Shown: in pieces, positions 22,301-34,710 of the stretch
Layout of the letters: every line of letters begins with the position of its first letter
Numbering within the stretch: the stretch's first letter is position 1
Assembly: GCF_001194135.2 (NCBI RefSeq)
Contig: NC_068982.1
Span: 36,089,566 to 36,153,565, forward strand
Length of the DNA: 64,000 bases
Origin: Octopus bimaculoides
Lineage: Eukaryota
Direction of reading: 5' to 3'
Notes under the pieces: model-generated
Databases searched by the model: none
The model's input: the letters and a program-made list of their open reading frames with translations, nothing else
Told to the model about the DNA's origin: nothing
Made by a program: the position numbers and the translations under genes

Positions 22301-25300
22301 GTGTGACCAACTGAGATTATGGATATTATCCAACCATCTCATTCTTGATCTACCTGTAGGTCTCCTGCCAGTTGGCTCAGCTTGAGGAATGTCTTACGAG
22401 TCTTTCTTGTGACATTCTAATTACATGTCTGTAGTATTGGAGCTGTGATCTCTGAATGTGGAGAAGTAGTAGCTTGGTCTGGAGAGATTCCCTGATCTCT
22501 GAGTTACACACTGTGTCAAGTTTGTTTATAATATGATATATCTTTTTATTTTTTAAAAAGGGGTTTTTACATTTGTTTTTCACAACTTGATGACCTAACA
22601 GTTTGAAGTTTTGGTGTGAGCAATTTAGTTGATAGTTGTATAATCTTGTTCTGGAATAATATACTGTACTTATGATTACAACAAATGAGGATTTAACTCA
22701 CTAAACCTTTGTTCCATAATAATTGTTGAGTTACTTTCTTTTCTTGATATTCTAGATAAATATTTATTATATAATTCAAGTATGATAGTTTCTTTTATTT
22801 TAAATCAGCTAAAGAAGAGAAGTGCAGGGTAGATAACTTTAGATTGTTGTTTGAAGTATTACTTGTGTGCGGTTAGTATAAACAGCTAATATTCTTGTTT
22901 TAAATGTTGCTGGTTAGTTGTTGGAAGAAAAATTAATGTGGGGAGAGAATTTCAAAAGAATACTGTTTTTATTCCTTTTATTTAGGAGTTCATGGATTGT
23001 TAACTTGTTAGAAATGAAAATATATATTTATATAGCCTGACTTATTAAAAAAAAAGCACCAAAAATAACTAATATTTTGCTCCGATTTCTTTAGGCATTG
23101 GATTGCTGTATTTGGAATGATTTATGATGGAAATTCAAAAGATATTGAAGCAACATTTATATCTCTCTATGAATATTTCTTTTCAGATAAAGGTAGGTTT
23201 GAATTGATCTGTAGATTAATAATAATATATTTTATACACAGTTCACTTCCAAAACTTTCCGAGCTTTATATCTGTTATATTATTATTATGGCTGACTTCT
23301 GTTGTAGATCCTATTAAAGAGATGGAGCAAGTGCTTTCCCTGATACGCAATAGTCATTTTGTGTTGAAACCATTAGCTACTAAGTCTTCTGAGTAAGTTA
23401 ATTTTATTTCCTTAATTCTTTTTCTATTTTTAAATGATTATTTTGGTGCAATATGTTATATTTTATGACAGATGCTAAAAATATGAGCAGCTCAAACTTA
23501 TTCATCCATGATATATTAAATAAAAATTCATTTCCTTCTTTTTAACACATTGTTTATTGTGCTTATTTTGTAAACCCTATAGATGAGATAAAATGAGATA
23601 TTGTTACAACCTCTAAGATGCACAATAACTGGAAAAAAAGTTGTTAATATAATTGCTTAAAGATTTTTCGAGCGAGATCGTTGCCAGTGCCCCTGGACTG
23701 GCTCTTGTGCGGGTGGCACATAAAAGACACCATTTCGAGCGTGGCCGTTTTCGTGCGGGTGACACGTAAAAGCACCCACTACACTCTCTGAGTGGTTGGC
23801 GTTAGGAAGGGCATCCAGCTGTAGAAACTCTGCCAAATCAGACTGGAGCCTGGTGTAGCCATCCGGTTGCACCAGTCCTCAGTCAAATCGTCCAACCCAT
23901 GCTAGCATGGAAAGCGGACGTTAAATGATGATGATGATGATGATGTATCATTTTATAATTTTACGTTTATTGAATGGTTCCCAGGAATTTCCTGGGAATT
24001 TTGATCACAAGAATCCCTGGAGAAAATCCCTAATTCACTTATATAGATCAAGGAAATAGAGAAATGTGCTTTACCTCTAGAAACAATATCGTGATTTATA
24101 TTCATGATATTTGGATGTTCTCAATATAAATTCAGGGGAAATGACACTGTAAACCGTTGGCCATCGAGTTACAACATTTTAACTTGGAGATAAAAAGAAG
24201 TAAGAAAAAAGAAACAAGATAGGGATCCATTGTTTTTATTTCAAGTTATTCATATGGTTGTTTCTAGTTCGGAATGTTTTATTTTCATTTTCTTTTTTTA
24301 TTTTAAACTATTCATTTGTTCTTTTCATTTGATTAAAGCTATCAGGAGGATATTAATCAGTACTTAAAAATCTTAAATCTGTTGGAAACAATTTGTACAG
24401 AGATTATCTCTAAAACAGTGGATGTAAATACAATCAAAAGTATTGATGAACTTTTGGTAAAATATGCTGAAGCTAAGGTATGTTATGTCATATTATTTCT
24501 ACTAACTGGTTATTAACTATATTTATACTTTCTAACAGCTTATGAAAGCAATTAACAGGAAGGATAAACCTACACTTAGAGACTTCTGGAAGAAGTTGAA
24601 CACAATGGATGCTGTGGATAACATAGCTGAGTCATGGGATAAAGTGAAACACTCAACTTTGAATCATGCAGACTGTATCTGTGACTTTATAAATTTTTCA
24701 CAAGCAGAAAACCTACATCAAATTCAGAAAGATATTGTGGCACTTACAAATTATGTAGGATTGTAGGGAGTCATAGAGGGTGATGTGGTTGAGTTGCTAG
24801 TGTTGCCAAGAGAAAGTTTATATAATGAAGGCTGATGTTGTTAGATCAAGATAGGCTAAGATGAGAATGCAGAAATTCCATCAACTCAACTCAGATTGAC
24901 TGCGAAGAATATCATTAAATTGTTGACACTTACAGAGGAAGGCCTGCAAATTTTTGCTGATAACAAACTTAATCATGAATTTAATATAAGTGAATGAGTT
25001 CATTTTCTACACTGAGCATAAAAGATTTACACTCCTGTGTTAGATATACATCATCTATTTTCCTTTTTGTCATAATGACAAAATTATCCTTGTGAAGTAA
25101 AACATGATATTTTAATGTCCTGTGTAGCAGTAAATGTATATTATGTTATCTTGTTAATTTATGATACTAGATAAATATTAATGTTTAGTTATGATTCTAT
25201 AATTTGTTATTCATTAGGTGGATCATGGCTCTGTAAGTAAATCTGGTTCTGTTATGTTTAATGAAACATTAGCACTCAACAAATTTCAGAAAGTATGGGA

Positions 25301-28300
25301 ACTTCTCAATCACTACTGGTAAGTTACATCACTTTGTGTCTATTAGTAATAATATGTTACATAACTAAATGTCTATGCTATCTTAAATGATTAGTGTACA
25401 TTTTAACATTTTCCAGTGATATAGATTAGTAAACATATTTACCACACAGGCGTGACTTGGATGGTTTGACAGGAGCTGACAAGTCAGAGACGTGTGCCAG
25501 GCTCCATTGTCTGCTTTGGCATGTTTTCTACAGCAGCATTCCCTTCCTAATGCCACCCACTTTACAGAGTGTACTGGGTGCTTTTTATGTGACACCAGCA
25601 CTGGTGCTTTTTATGTAGCCTCAGCACTAGCAGGATTGCCAAGTAACTTGCAAGAAAAGTCCCCTTGGCTGGGAGAGGGAGTGGTACTGAGAGAGGTAGT
25701 TTTGTGCTGGTTGAGAGGTTAAAGTTCAATAGAGGGATAGAGGTAAGTGTCTTACTATAAGAGGAGATACTTGGCTACCACACTAGGAAAAGAAAGGAGA
25801 GATAGAATTAGAGAGAAAGATAGAGAGACAGTCAGAGTAAGAGAGAGAAATAGATGATGTTGGAGACGCATCTGGACATACCCACAAGGTATGGTGGGTT
25901 GAATATAAGAAGGGGATGTTTCATAAGTGTGTTGAGGGGAGATGTTTAGAGATCACATTGAGATTGGATAGAAGGGCTAATCTATAGTAGATATGTGTGC
26001 GCATGGAGAGTGTGTGTGGGGAGACATGTGGGGGAGAGTGCCTGCTGCAGGTGGTGGTCATGGGTTGGGGGAAAATGGGGTGTTGGGAAGATTGGTTGAG
26101 TGTATCTGTGTGTGTGGGGGTTGATAGCAGACATTGTGTGTGTGGGTAGGAGGAATGACTATAAAGGATGTGTGCATTTGTATGTGTTTGTGTGTTTTAC
26201 TATCTTCTTGCCTTGACATCACATGATAGTTGTAAACAAATGTCACTGTTATCCAAGCAGTGTTCTTTAATTCCAGTCTTCTGTGAAAACATGGTCTGGT
26301 CACGAGAAAATATAACTTTACTTGAAAACAGATAAGAGTTGGTGACAGGAAGGGCATCTGGCTGTAGAAAATCTGCCTTGTCAAATTCCGCCTGACCCAC
26401 ACAAGCATGGAGATATTAGTTAAAATTCTTGCTTCTTGATAATTTTATTTGCTGCAACTGACTCATGATTAGAGTCTTCATGTATTTTGTTGTTTAGCCC
26501 TAGTCAGCAAATCTATGATCAAAGATATTAGACATGATTATTTTGTCTTTGTTTTAGTTATAATGTATCTAAGACTACATTACTAATGTGTCTTTAGTAG
26601 GTGTACTTTTAAGGAGATTTGGCAGCTGCTGTTTTTAGCAAGTCAAGTGATTTGGTAGGGGTTCCTTTATTAGCTTGACCTTTGTATATAATAATAGAAT
26701 TTGAACCTCACTTCTGATTCTTATTGAAATAATTTTGTTTCTTAGGATTTCAATTATTCATACAATGAAAAATCATTCATTCATTTGTTTGTTTTACATC
26801 TTTTTCCATATTATTGAAGCATTGTTTTACTGCCACATATTCTTCCTGTCACTAACCCATACCTCATTTTAAAGCCAAGATCTTTCATTTAAGATCTTTT
26901 CAAGTTCTCTCATTCCACATGGCTTCGAAGGAGTGAAGTGAGTGAAGGTTTATTGACAGGGGAACTAACAACTCCACCCAGCATATGTTGTAATTTTCAT
27001 AAAAGCGAGTGCAGTTGTAAACAAACACAGACGCACATGTGCATGTACGCATACATGTACAATGAAGTCGTTTTATAAAGTCAGCTTTTCCCTGCTTGCA
27101 TGGGCTACACAGATGCGGTTGCAGCAGATTTTCTATGGCCAAATGCTCTTTCTCTTGCTCATTTGTTTTCAAGTAAGATAATATTTCCTCACGTCCAAAC
27201 AGGTATTTCACAGAAGACTGGAAATTAATGCTATACCATCTATGACAATGATACTTAAACAACCACCAAGATATCACACAACACACATACATACATACAT
27301 ACATACATACATACATACATACATACATACATACATACATACACGCATGCATGCATGCATGCATTATGTGTGGGGTGCAGTTGAGCAAGAGACTAACAAA
27401 ATTCCTTGTAACACCAAAGATAATTTAAATGACAATATATTCACCACACCCTGTGTATACACACACACACACACACATATATATATCATCACCATCGTCA
27501 TCATTTAGCATCCGTTTTCCATGGGTAAGATGGTTTCACTGGAGCTGAAAAGTTGCACCAGGCTCCAGTCTGTTTTGGTTTGGTTTTTTATGCCTAGATG
27601 CCCTTCCTAATACCATCCACTCCACAAAGTGTACTGGGTGTCTTTTACATGTTACTGGCACAGGTGTCTTTCATATGTTACTGGCACTGGCCATGATTAC
27701 GATTTCACTTAGCTTGATGTGTCTTTCACAAGGCTTTGGTCTACCCAATGTCTGAAATAGATTTTCAGGAAGTATAGTAGCTTATTTATGTATAACAAAA
27801 TATTTGTTTATAAATTTTAATGTAAAAAAATTAGTAACTGGAAATAGATTTTTTTTCTTTTTTTGTAGTAAATTATATCTCTTAAATTATGAATTTCTGT
27901 CTAGTCTGATAATAACACACCAAAACTCTTATATTTTACTCCTTCTTACATATTATACTTTTCATAATTTAGCCAAGAGGTGGAGCAGGCTCTTCAAAGA
28001 GACCCATCAGCTGAAACATGCCAGCAGATCTTAACAACTCTTCAAAATTCTATTCCTGCTATGGAGACAACTTACATTAATTTCTCATGGTAATTATCTT
28101 ATCTAATTTTAAATGAGAAAATTAATATAGAATGGTTATAGTATTTTAATTTTTCCATAATTAGAATATATAAACTGCTTGTTATATTTCTCAGGTTTTA
28201 ATTTTCTCAACTGTATACCTAGAAGTCATTTACTGTTTCTACTCTTATGGAGTGATAGACATACTAATACTGAGTTTAAATTTTATGATTTGTAGTTGCC

Positions 28301-31300
28301 TTGCAATGAATATTGAAAAACCCTGTGATACTGAAGCATTCAATTCTTTGTCAAATCAGCTAAACCTGTTGCTCTCTGAGTTAGAAGGCCATGTAAATAT
28401 CATTCTTTTCTTTCTTAATATAAATATCTCTAAAAGGTGTTTCCTTTAAGCCATATTGTATATCATATCTTTTAGTTAAAAGTCTATAAATATATTTACA
28501 GATGTTTTTAATATATATTTTCAGTAATGCCATTTTTATATGAACCAAATACAGTAATAAATCAACATATATTTTTATATTTATCTTTTTCCTTTGAGAT
28601 ATTTTATCAAACTTTCTTCATCAGTTTTTTTTTTCTCTCTCAGAATAAATCTAAGCACAGATTTTATTTCTGTTTAGCATAGTCAGTGACACAGATATGT
28701 TTATTGCTGCTACTATGAGAGTGGGCTGAAAAGTTCATAAGGCTGACTGAAGGAGTGATGTTAGTGTGAAATTTTGCATGCATTAATTTCAACTCTTCAT
28801 ATAAATAACTGCATTGTTTCTTTCCAGGAAAACTCACATCTGACTGTTCAAAGAAGACTTGAAAAGTAACTAGTAGTGACTTCTCTTGAAAATGGACAAA
28901 ATTTGACATCTCTCTGTGTTATCAAGTACCTGCAGAAAAAGGGTTTAGCCCCCATAGTCATTCATGCTAACATGGTTGCTACTTTAGGGAATGATGGTCC
29001 AGCTTAATCAACAGTGCAAAAGTGGGCAGCTGAATTTATGAGGGCAAGAGAGAGTCTTGAAGATGACCCAAGGTCTGGACATCCTGCAACTGCCACCATT
29101 GAGGAAATCATTGATTGTGTTCACCACATGCTGACAGGCAATTAACTATAAATCAAAGTATTATGCCAATTTGCTGAGGCAGTTATGAAAGGCTATCAAA
29201 ACAAAGCACCTAGGAAAATTGATGAAATGGGTCTTGTTTCATCAGGACAATGCTCCAGCACACAAGTCCTTGGTTTCAATGGTTGCTGTATGTGACCATG
29301 GCTTTGAACTGGTTGATCACCCTCCCTATTCTCCTGATTTGACCCCATCTGACTATCATCTGTTCCTCAACATGAAAAAATACTTAGCTGTGAANNNNNN
29401 NNNNGACTATCATCTGTTCCTCAACATGAAAAAATACTTAGCTGTGAACTAGTGTCACAGTGATGATGATGTCATATCTGATGTTCATGACTTTTCCTGA
29501 CCAACAGGATGAAAGCTTCTTCACCAATGGGGATCCAAGCACTGCAACACTGATGGAAGAAGTGTGTGGGCTGCAAGGGGGACTATGTTGAAAATAAACC
29601 TCATTTGGTCATATCTTGATCAACCTATGAACTTTTCAGCCAACTCATAGTGTTAATCTACTCAGAATAGATATTATTTGCATTGTCTTTTTAGCCCCAT
29701 AATTTTAACATTAATAATTCTGCTTTAAATAACTGAAGTTATTGAATTACTAATGATAAAAAATACATTAGTATTTCTGATTGATTCACATTTTAATAGC
29801 CAATGCTTCTGTAGATCATAGTCAGAAGAATGAAAGGTTATTGAAAAGATTATTTTGCTTTGTGTTGGCTTGCTGCCATCTTAACTTCTTGCATGATTCC
29901 ATTTCCATTACTGTGATTTTTTGAAATTTAAATTTACTAAGGCTTACAGTTTTTCTTGTTATATTTTACACTGTATAAAGTAATTTTCAAAAGAGCCTAG
30001 GGATTGTCCCTGAACTCAATATGTGTATAGTGTAATATTTGTTTGTATCTTTTTTTTCTTGTTAGGACAATGAACCCAAAGTCACCAGTGCTCATCTACA
30101 AGCTTTGTTTTTTCTTCCAGATAAAAGGTAATATATTTTTATGTGTGTGACCATCATGGTGATTTTTATGTCTTTTTCCATTCTGGCATGTGTTGGATGG
30201 GTCTGTTGCATCACCGGACACACACATGAGGAGAAAACTACCAACCTGTATTTTTGTGGATGCCCTTCAGTCCAAGCCACTTTACAGCATGGTCACTGTT
30301 TCTACCATGGTCACTGTTTCTACCATGGTCACTGTTTCTATTTGATGTGAGGATGAGGAGAAATACTAGCTAGAAATTTTTCAGTAATTTATAACATATA
30401 CATATAATTTCTATCTGACTATATGTGTGTGTGTGTGTGTGTGATCATTACCATCATCATCATTTAATGTCTGTTTTCCACACTGGCATGGGTTGGATGG
30501 TTTGACAGGAGCTGGCAAGCCATAAGACTGCACTAGGCTTCACTGTCTGTTTTGGCCTGGTTTTTATGGTTGGATTCCCTTCCTAATGCCGACCACTTTA
30601 CAGAGTGGACTGTATGCTTTTTACGTGGAGTCAGCTCTGGTGAAGTTTACTTTGGCATGGTATTTACAGCTGGGAGCCCTTCCAAATGCCAGCCACTTTA
30701 CAGTGTGGACTGGATGCTTTTTACAAGGCACCAGCACTGGCAGGGTCACCAAGTAACTTGCAAGACAAAGATCCTTTGAGCATGGGTGGGGTGTATTGGA
30801 GAAGGTGGCCTTGTGCCAGGTGATGAGAGGTTAGAATGTGGCAGAGGGACAGAAAACAGGTATCTTGCTGTAGAGGAGATACATGATTACCCAGTCAGAG
30901 GGGGAGTGAGAGAGAGAGTGGCAATGTGCTAGGGCATACCCTCACTGTATAGGGATCAGAATATAAATGGGATTGTAGAGTATTGCCAATGTGTTCTCTC
31001 GCACACATACTGTTTTTCTCTTTTTTAAGGCTTTGTATTTATTAAAGTGTTAACCAACTTAGTTACATTTTGTGATTTTTTTTGTACTTTTGTACATACA
31101 TCATAAAATGCATCCAGTGCATTCTGTAAAGAGGCTGCTAGACAAATGGGGACAATGTAGGGAATGAGAGGACCCTTTAGTCTTCTCAATATGACACTCT
31201 GTCTCATGCTGGTGTCACAATAATATGAACACAGTACATTCTGTAAAGTGATTGGTGATAGGAACAGCATTGATCTATAAAAACCAAGTCAAAATTGGAA

Positions 31301-32858
31301 GACAGAGATGAGCCTTGATCTTCTGACCTGTCTAGGAAGGCAGTAACTCTGTATAAGAACTACACGGGCCATGGTGACCTGTGCAACCATGACAACATGG
31401 AAAGCAAACCTTAAATAATAATAGTAGTGGTGGCATCTGTTATATTTGTTGTTGTTCACATCGTCCTTGTATTAACAAAAATGTGATTTGTAGCAATGTG
31501 TAGCATTTCAAAATGTATTAACCAAAATATGTGGTTTTCAAAAATGTTTTTCAGTAGTTTTTCCAATTGCCTATCTTCAGTAGCAAAGTTAGAAATAATT
31601 ATGATAGCACAAAGTTGTCTTTCAAAGTTTTAGTTTTCAGGATATGTGTGACTTTCTGTTTGAAAACCACTGATTTTTAATCATTTAGTGATTGTTTTTG
31701 TTTGCACTCCGTCAGTTACGACAACGAGGGTTCCAGTTGATCTGATCAATGGAACAGCCTGCTCATGGAATTAATGTGCAAGTGGCTGAGCACTCCACAG
31801 ACATGTGTACCCTTAACATAGTTCTCGGGGGAGATTCAGCATGACACAGAGTGTGACAAGGCTGGCTCTTTGAAATATAGGCTCAACAGAAACAGGAAGA
31901 TAGAGTGAGAGAAAGTTGTGGTGAAAGAGTACAGCAGGGTTCACCCACCCCCCCCTGCCAGAGCCTTGTGTAGCTTTAGGTGTTTTTGCTCAATAAACAC
32001 TCACAACGCCTGATCTGGGAAATCGCGATACTACAACCACGAGTCCGCTGCCCTAACCACTGGGCCATTGTGCCTCCACAATGATTGTAAATTATAGTGA
32101 AGAACCATTCTAAAAATGATGATGTGTGATATGGAAATCCGGAATGTAAAGAAATGATAATTAGGATGAATTAACTAAGTAGATAATGTCTAAAAGATAA
32201 AGTAAAGTCTTTAGAATATAGTAATTGCAAATTAAACTCTACTGCAAAAGAGGAGAATAATATGAATATGGACGAGGGCTTTAAGCTGTTGATCTATTAT
32301 GAGTGTGTGTAGTAATTAGTATAAAGTCAGTTTTATCTGAGTAATATTACTTGTCAGAGAAAGGGCAGCAAGCTAGCAGGACAAAATGCTTGGCAGCATT
32401 TTGTCTGTCTTTACAATCTGAGTTCAAATTCTGCCAAGCTGACTTTGCCTTTTATCCTTTTGGAGGTCAATAAAATAAGTATCAGTTGAGCACTGGGGTT
32501 GATATAAATGAGTTAGATGCTCCCTGAAATTGCTGACCTTATACTAAAATTTGAAACCAATATTACTTGTCAGACAATTCTGGCCGTGATAAACCTTTAG
32601 ATATGGATTGGTAAACTTGGTTATCACACACACATACATAAATTCCACACACTACTACAGTAGGCATATTATAAGCACTCTTATGTTTGAATGGGAAAAA
32701 ACATAAATGAACACATAATATCTGGCTATATGTTAACAAATTTTTAAAGGTTATTTTCATTTTCGTCTTTCAGAGAAATGTTGAACAATGGTCTTGGCCA
32801 ACTGGAAAACATGATTCGTGGTTTGCGTACATATCACTCAAAGTTAATAGCAACGTGA
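846..32858 (+). CDS. SWT1: Transcriptional protein SWT1 / PIN-domain RNA endoribonuclease, 21 coding exons; 5' end possibly incomplete
   Basis: Exons: 846-1722, 5758-5816, 8185-8229, 8362-8430, 12024-12111, 14244-14323, 14591-14689, 15529-15610, 16408-16496, 17374-17431, 18778-18869, 20756-20850, 21832-21894, 23095-23192, 23308-23392, 24339-24477, 25218-25318, 27973-28089, 28296-28392, 30066-30127, 32774-32858 (2580 nt, all GT-AG, phases consistent, TGA at end). PIN motifs YIILDTNILL, VVPWVVMQELDALK, ENNDDKILQCC and LFSNDKNLCNKS are present. So are the SWT1 C-terminal motifs ILETEMKLAFDDIW, RKPPW and KKHWIAVFG. Exon 17374-17431 rests mainly on phase fit. Confidence 0.9.
1947..2150 (+). mobile_element. 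Short RTE-tail-derived retroposon copy
   Basis: Contains gtaaagtggttgg..ttaggaagggcatccagc..aacccatgccagcatgg..cgttaaatgatga, the tail shared with the RTE LINEs. A further partial copy lies at 2388-2600. Confidence 0.75.
2896..3150 (+). mobile_element. Degenerate tRNA-derived SINE
   Basis: Head ggaggtgcatggcttagttgttagg..ggtttcaattcctgg resembles the 17489 SINE head (A/B box-like). Confidence 0.6.
3540..4110 (+). mobile_element. 5'-truncated RTE-clade LINE (ORF C-terminus, 3' UTR, (GAT)n tail)
   Basis: Encodes ..LTVEGTRGRGRPRKTWAEVVRQDLRTLGLTEAMTTDRDLWKCAVREKTRQAK*, a typical RTE C-terminus. The 3' UTR has an internal duplication (3723-3780 vs 3838-3900) and the tail is (GAT)n. Confidence 0.88.
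4111..5670 (-). mobile_element. SINE with tRNA-like head and RTE-type tail, split by the Merlin insertion
   Basis: SINE sequence ..gtggttggaaaa-caaacttc at 4500-4507 resumes as caaacttc-ttaccacagctatgcctgc after 5645. Confidence 0.7.
4508..5645 (-). mobile_element. Merlin (IS1595/IS1016-like) DNA transposon, internally deleted
   Basis: About 290 bp imperfect TIRs (4508-~4790 and ~5350-5645) with an 8 bp TSD CAAACTTC (4500-4507 and 5646-5653). Minus-strand ORF 4736-5077 has a Zn ribbon (CCTC..WRCGRPC) and the Merlin N-terminal pattern FFANSNLDLREILIFIYFWA..ETICYWKNFLRDI. No DDE core. Confidence 0.82.
6000..6330 (-). mobile_element. RTE-tail retroposon variant
   Basis: catcatcat tail plus catgggttggg..cacccttcctgtcaccaac. 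Same family at 26050-26410, 27100-27290, 37800-37990 and 47560-47760. Confidence 0.6.
6585..6778 (+). mobile_element. Short RTE-tail retroposon copy
   Basis: gtgttacataaaaagcacccagtacactctgtaaagtggttgg..gttaaatgatg. Another + copy lies at 7186-7360 and a - copy at 7500-7790. Confidence 0.75.
6846..6890. repeat. (TA)n microsatellite
   Basis: Pure TA run. Others at 53313-53378 and 63543-63580; (TACA)n at about 27285-27342. Confidence 0.95.
10160..11322 (+). mobile_element. Non-autonomous gag-only Ty3/Gypsy-type LTR element
   Basis: Direct repeats 10160-10418 and 11078-11322 (about 20 substitutions by eye plus a 14 bp indel). 4 bp TSD CTAT (10156-10159 and 11323-11326). PBS-like TGGTGAGC at 10421. 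AATAAA within the LTRs. Confidence 0.88.
10467..10952 (+). CDS. Gag-like ORF (161 aa) of the LTR element
   Basis: Intact ATG-TAA ORF with LPQFWPKRAELWFVQVEAQF..DQTKY..LKNRL..LGDSKPSKLMGRMLAL, the Gypsy Gag N-terminal pattern. The Zn knuckle is absent. Confidence 0.8.
   Translation: MASNKTTLRLPQFWPKRAELWFVQVEAQFDINKVIADQTKYLHIVAVLDEDTATRVLDILTQPPPTQKYSILKNRLVDTFQCSQREAAAKILDEELGDSKPSKLMGRMLALVPPGELPSFMFREKFLRKVPPQIQALITQTEIKDLWQLAKAADKIFYPVV
12347..12565. mobile_element. piggyBac-like MITE
   Basis: TTAA|CCCTTTAGCA...TGCTAAAGGG|TTGA. Family members at 20467-20663 (TTAA on both sides) and 59546-59762. Confidence 0.75.
12600..13700 (-). mobile_element. Very degenerate retroelement relic, possibly Penelope-like
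   Basis: Composition shift and only weak, frameshifted RT/GIY-YIG-like fragments on the minus strand. No clean motif. Confidence 0.3.
17489..17877 (+). mobile_element. Full-length tRNA-derived SINE (young, CpG-rich)
   Basis: A box TGGTCCAGTGG, B box GGTTTCGATTCCC, (CAA)n tail, TSD ATTTCTTTTAC (17476-17486 and 17878-17888). A partial copy lies at 6903-7140. Confidence 0.9.
19152..19354. mobile_element. piggyBac-like MITE (second family)
   Basis: TTAA|CCCTTTTGATACC...GGTAACAAAAGGA|TTAA. Confidence 0.65.
19370..19750 (+). mobile_element. tRNA-derived SINE, second family, with internal (TA)/(TG) microsatellite
   Basis: Head ggcgcaggagtggctgtgtggtaag..ggtttcaatccc, then ccttgggcaagtg core and tail gactgaaacaagtaaaagag. 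Near-identical copy at 52401-52781. Confidence 0.88.
20069..20258 (-). mobile_element. RTE LINE 3' end
   Basis: (CAT)n plus cgtccgctttccatgctagcatgggttgga..gcccttcctaacgccaacc. Confidence 0.85.
20467..20663. mobile_element. piggyBac-like MITE
   Basis: TTAA|CCCTTTAGCG...CACTAAGGG|TTAA. Internal sequence similar to 12347-12565. Confidence 0.75.
23661..23945 (+). mobile_element. RTE LINE 3' UTR, young copy
   Basis: Near-identical to the reverse complement of 38000-38270; (GAT)n tail. Confidence 0.88.
24538..25130 (+). mobile_element. pogo/Tigger transposase C-terminal relic
   Basis: ORF 24542-24766, TLRDFWKKLNTMDAVDNIAESWDKVKHSTLN, matches the Tigger DDE_1 C-terminal pattern. Boundaries are approximate. 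Confidence 0.6.
25440..25760 (-). mobile_element. RTE-tail retroposon copy
   Basis: cccttcctaatgccacccactttacagagtgtactgggtgctttttatgtgacaccagc. Similar minus copies at 27500-27720, 30450-30900 and 36960-37300. Confidence 0.7.
28714..29649 (+). mobile_element. mariner (DD34D) transposon, internally deleted and degenerate
   Basis: TIRs (ta)tgagagtgggctgaaaagttcata / tatgaacttttcagccaactca(ta). Transposase fragments FHQDNAPAH..HPPYSPDLTPSDYHLF. N gap at 29395-29403. Confidence 0.88.
30288..30341. repeat. 18 bp tandem repeat x3
   Basis: CATGGTCACTGTTTCTAC repeated three times (last base differs in the third copy). Confidence 0.9.
31696..32079 (-). mobile_element. tRNA-derived SINE (same family as 17489)
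   Basis: Reverse complement of the 17489 family along its full length; flanks a.tgattgt. Confidence 0.88.
32365..32560 (+). mobile_element. Third SINE-like dispersed repeat
   Basis: ctgagttcaaattctgcc..gtcaataaaataagtatcagttgagcactggggttgat. Copies at 45570-45750, 11660-11830, 2180-2280 and (minus) 15750-16100. Confidence 0.65.
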
Positions 32859-34710
32859 CAAAAGTTAGTTAAGTAGCCAATATTTGGCTGGTTATTTGCA
32901 ATAATGTCACCTTCCAAACTGACTTTTTCAAGTTGAATTACATAACATCGAAGCTAATCAGATTTATGATTTGCTATCAAGGTTATTAAATACTATTTGT
33001 TTAAAACAGAGTGTACTGTTGTTATTGATATGACAGGAATTAGAAATAAGTCTCATATAACCTTTATAGTTAATAAGGAACTCCTTTTTCATTTGTGATT
33101 GTCTTATTTCACTTAATGTTACAAAAATGAAATGATAAAAAGAAAAAAATTATTAGCTTTTAAGCAATTATTCTTTTTTCTTTGTTTTTTTTTCCCCACC
33201 AAATTTCATACACACAGAGGCTTGCATGCATTTTTGCACATAGATGTATATGTGCATGTATACATGCACCACCACCTACTCACATACTCATACACATCCA
33301 CCAGCGAATGTGTGCACAACACGAAGATGTAAGACATCTTGAGTGACTCAGGGTTTATCTTCTCCCGAACTTACTATCCCAATGAAGTTGTGATGTATTA
33401 TTCTGCTAGAATATTAATTCTTTAAGAAAGTTAAGCATTGCTAATCTTCTTGCAATTCTTTGAGATCAAACAATATCAACCGCATTATCTTCATCACTTT
33501 GGAAAGGTCTGAAAAGACTATGAGCATTTTATTCCCAGTTTGAATAAAAATAGAAAAGGTAAACGTGATTAGTTGGAGAAAAATAAGTAATTTTCTCACA
33601 AGGCTAGATAAACTGAAGCAAGTAGAATTGTCTTACATAGATACAAACACAACAAAACAGCCACACTGAGACACAAATTCAGTAATCATTTTATTATTTT
33701 ACCTGTATGAATTTCTTAGGTAATAATACAAAAATGCTACTGGAAGATACTCAGGTTCTACATTGTATTGCCACCCTCAGACTTCTAGGCAAGCGTACCA
33801 GGTGTCTCATATCACCAAGCTTTTTTTCCAAATCATTTTCCAACATTTCAGAACATCCTTTCTTCATCTTTCTCACTTTTATAATTCCTATTTACATTGC
33901 ATTCAGGTTTATGATTATACTTTAAGAAAAAGTAATTTGAAAGAAAAACTAACAACAATCTTGATTTAATTATGTACAATACATCACATTAGTAATTAAT
34001 ACCTTATTTTTTCTGTGATATTTAAGTCAGTAAGCTCACCTGAACATCTTCATCTATATTTATATTTTTATCTCAATCTCACCTGTTCTAAATTATCTAA
34101 AGGGAGTAAAAAATTGTCTTCAATGTTTTCTATTTTTACAAAATGAAGAAAAACTGTAAAATTTTGTTAAGAAAAATAAAACTTTAAATAATGTTCTTAC
34201 TGTTCTTGTTTTAACTTGTAATTGTGTTATAGATTACTAGATAGATGACGATTCATTTAGCTCCCAAATCAGCTTTATTAAGTATTCCTTCTTTTCTCAA
34301 GCACAGAAAACCTGTATTACATTCTCCAGTGTGTCCTTTTTTAAAATGAAAGAGTGATTTGTGGGAGATTTGGCTGATAAATCAAAGAATGAGTGATCAA
34401 ATAGAGACACCATGTAATGTAATCAGTATTCTAGCATGCAATAAATACAAGTTGTTAAGTTGGTGGAAATAATAGATTATTAGAAGAAATGTCTTAAAGA
34501 ATACAATTTTGATTATTTTCCACTTGAGTCGAAATGTTGAGTTGAGATGACTTCAGCTGCCACCTGTAGGTTAATTAAATTGATTTACTGTTTATGTTAA
34601 CATCTTCTCAACAGATGCTTTTACAATATCATTTTACATCTGTTTTCCATGCTAGCATAAATTGGATAGGTTATGAGGCCACATCATGTTTTTGTGCTGA
34701 TGGTATGCAA

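Noticed and set aside
29351-29447. Duplicated DYHLFLNMKKYLAV segment in the mariner
   Set aside because: Exact repeat flanking a 9 N gap; assembly artefact.
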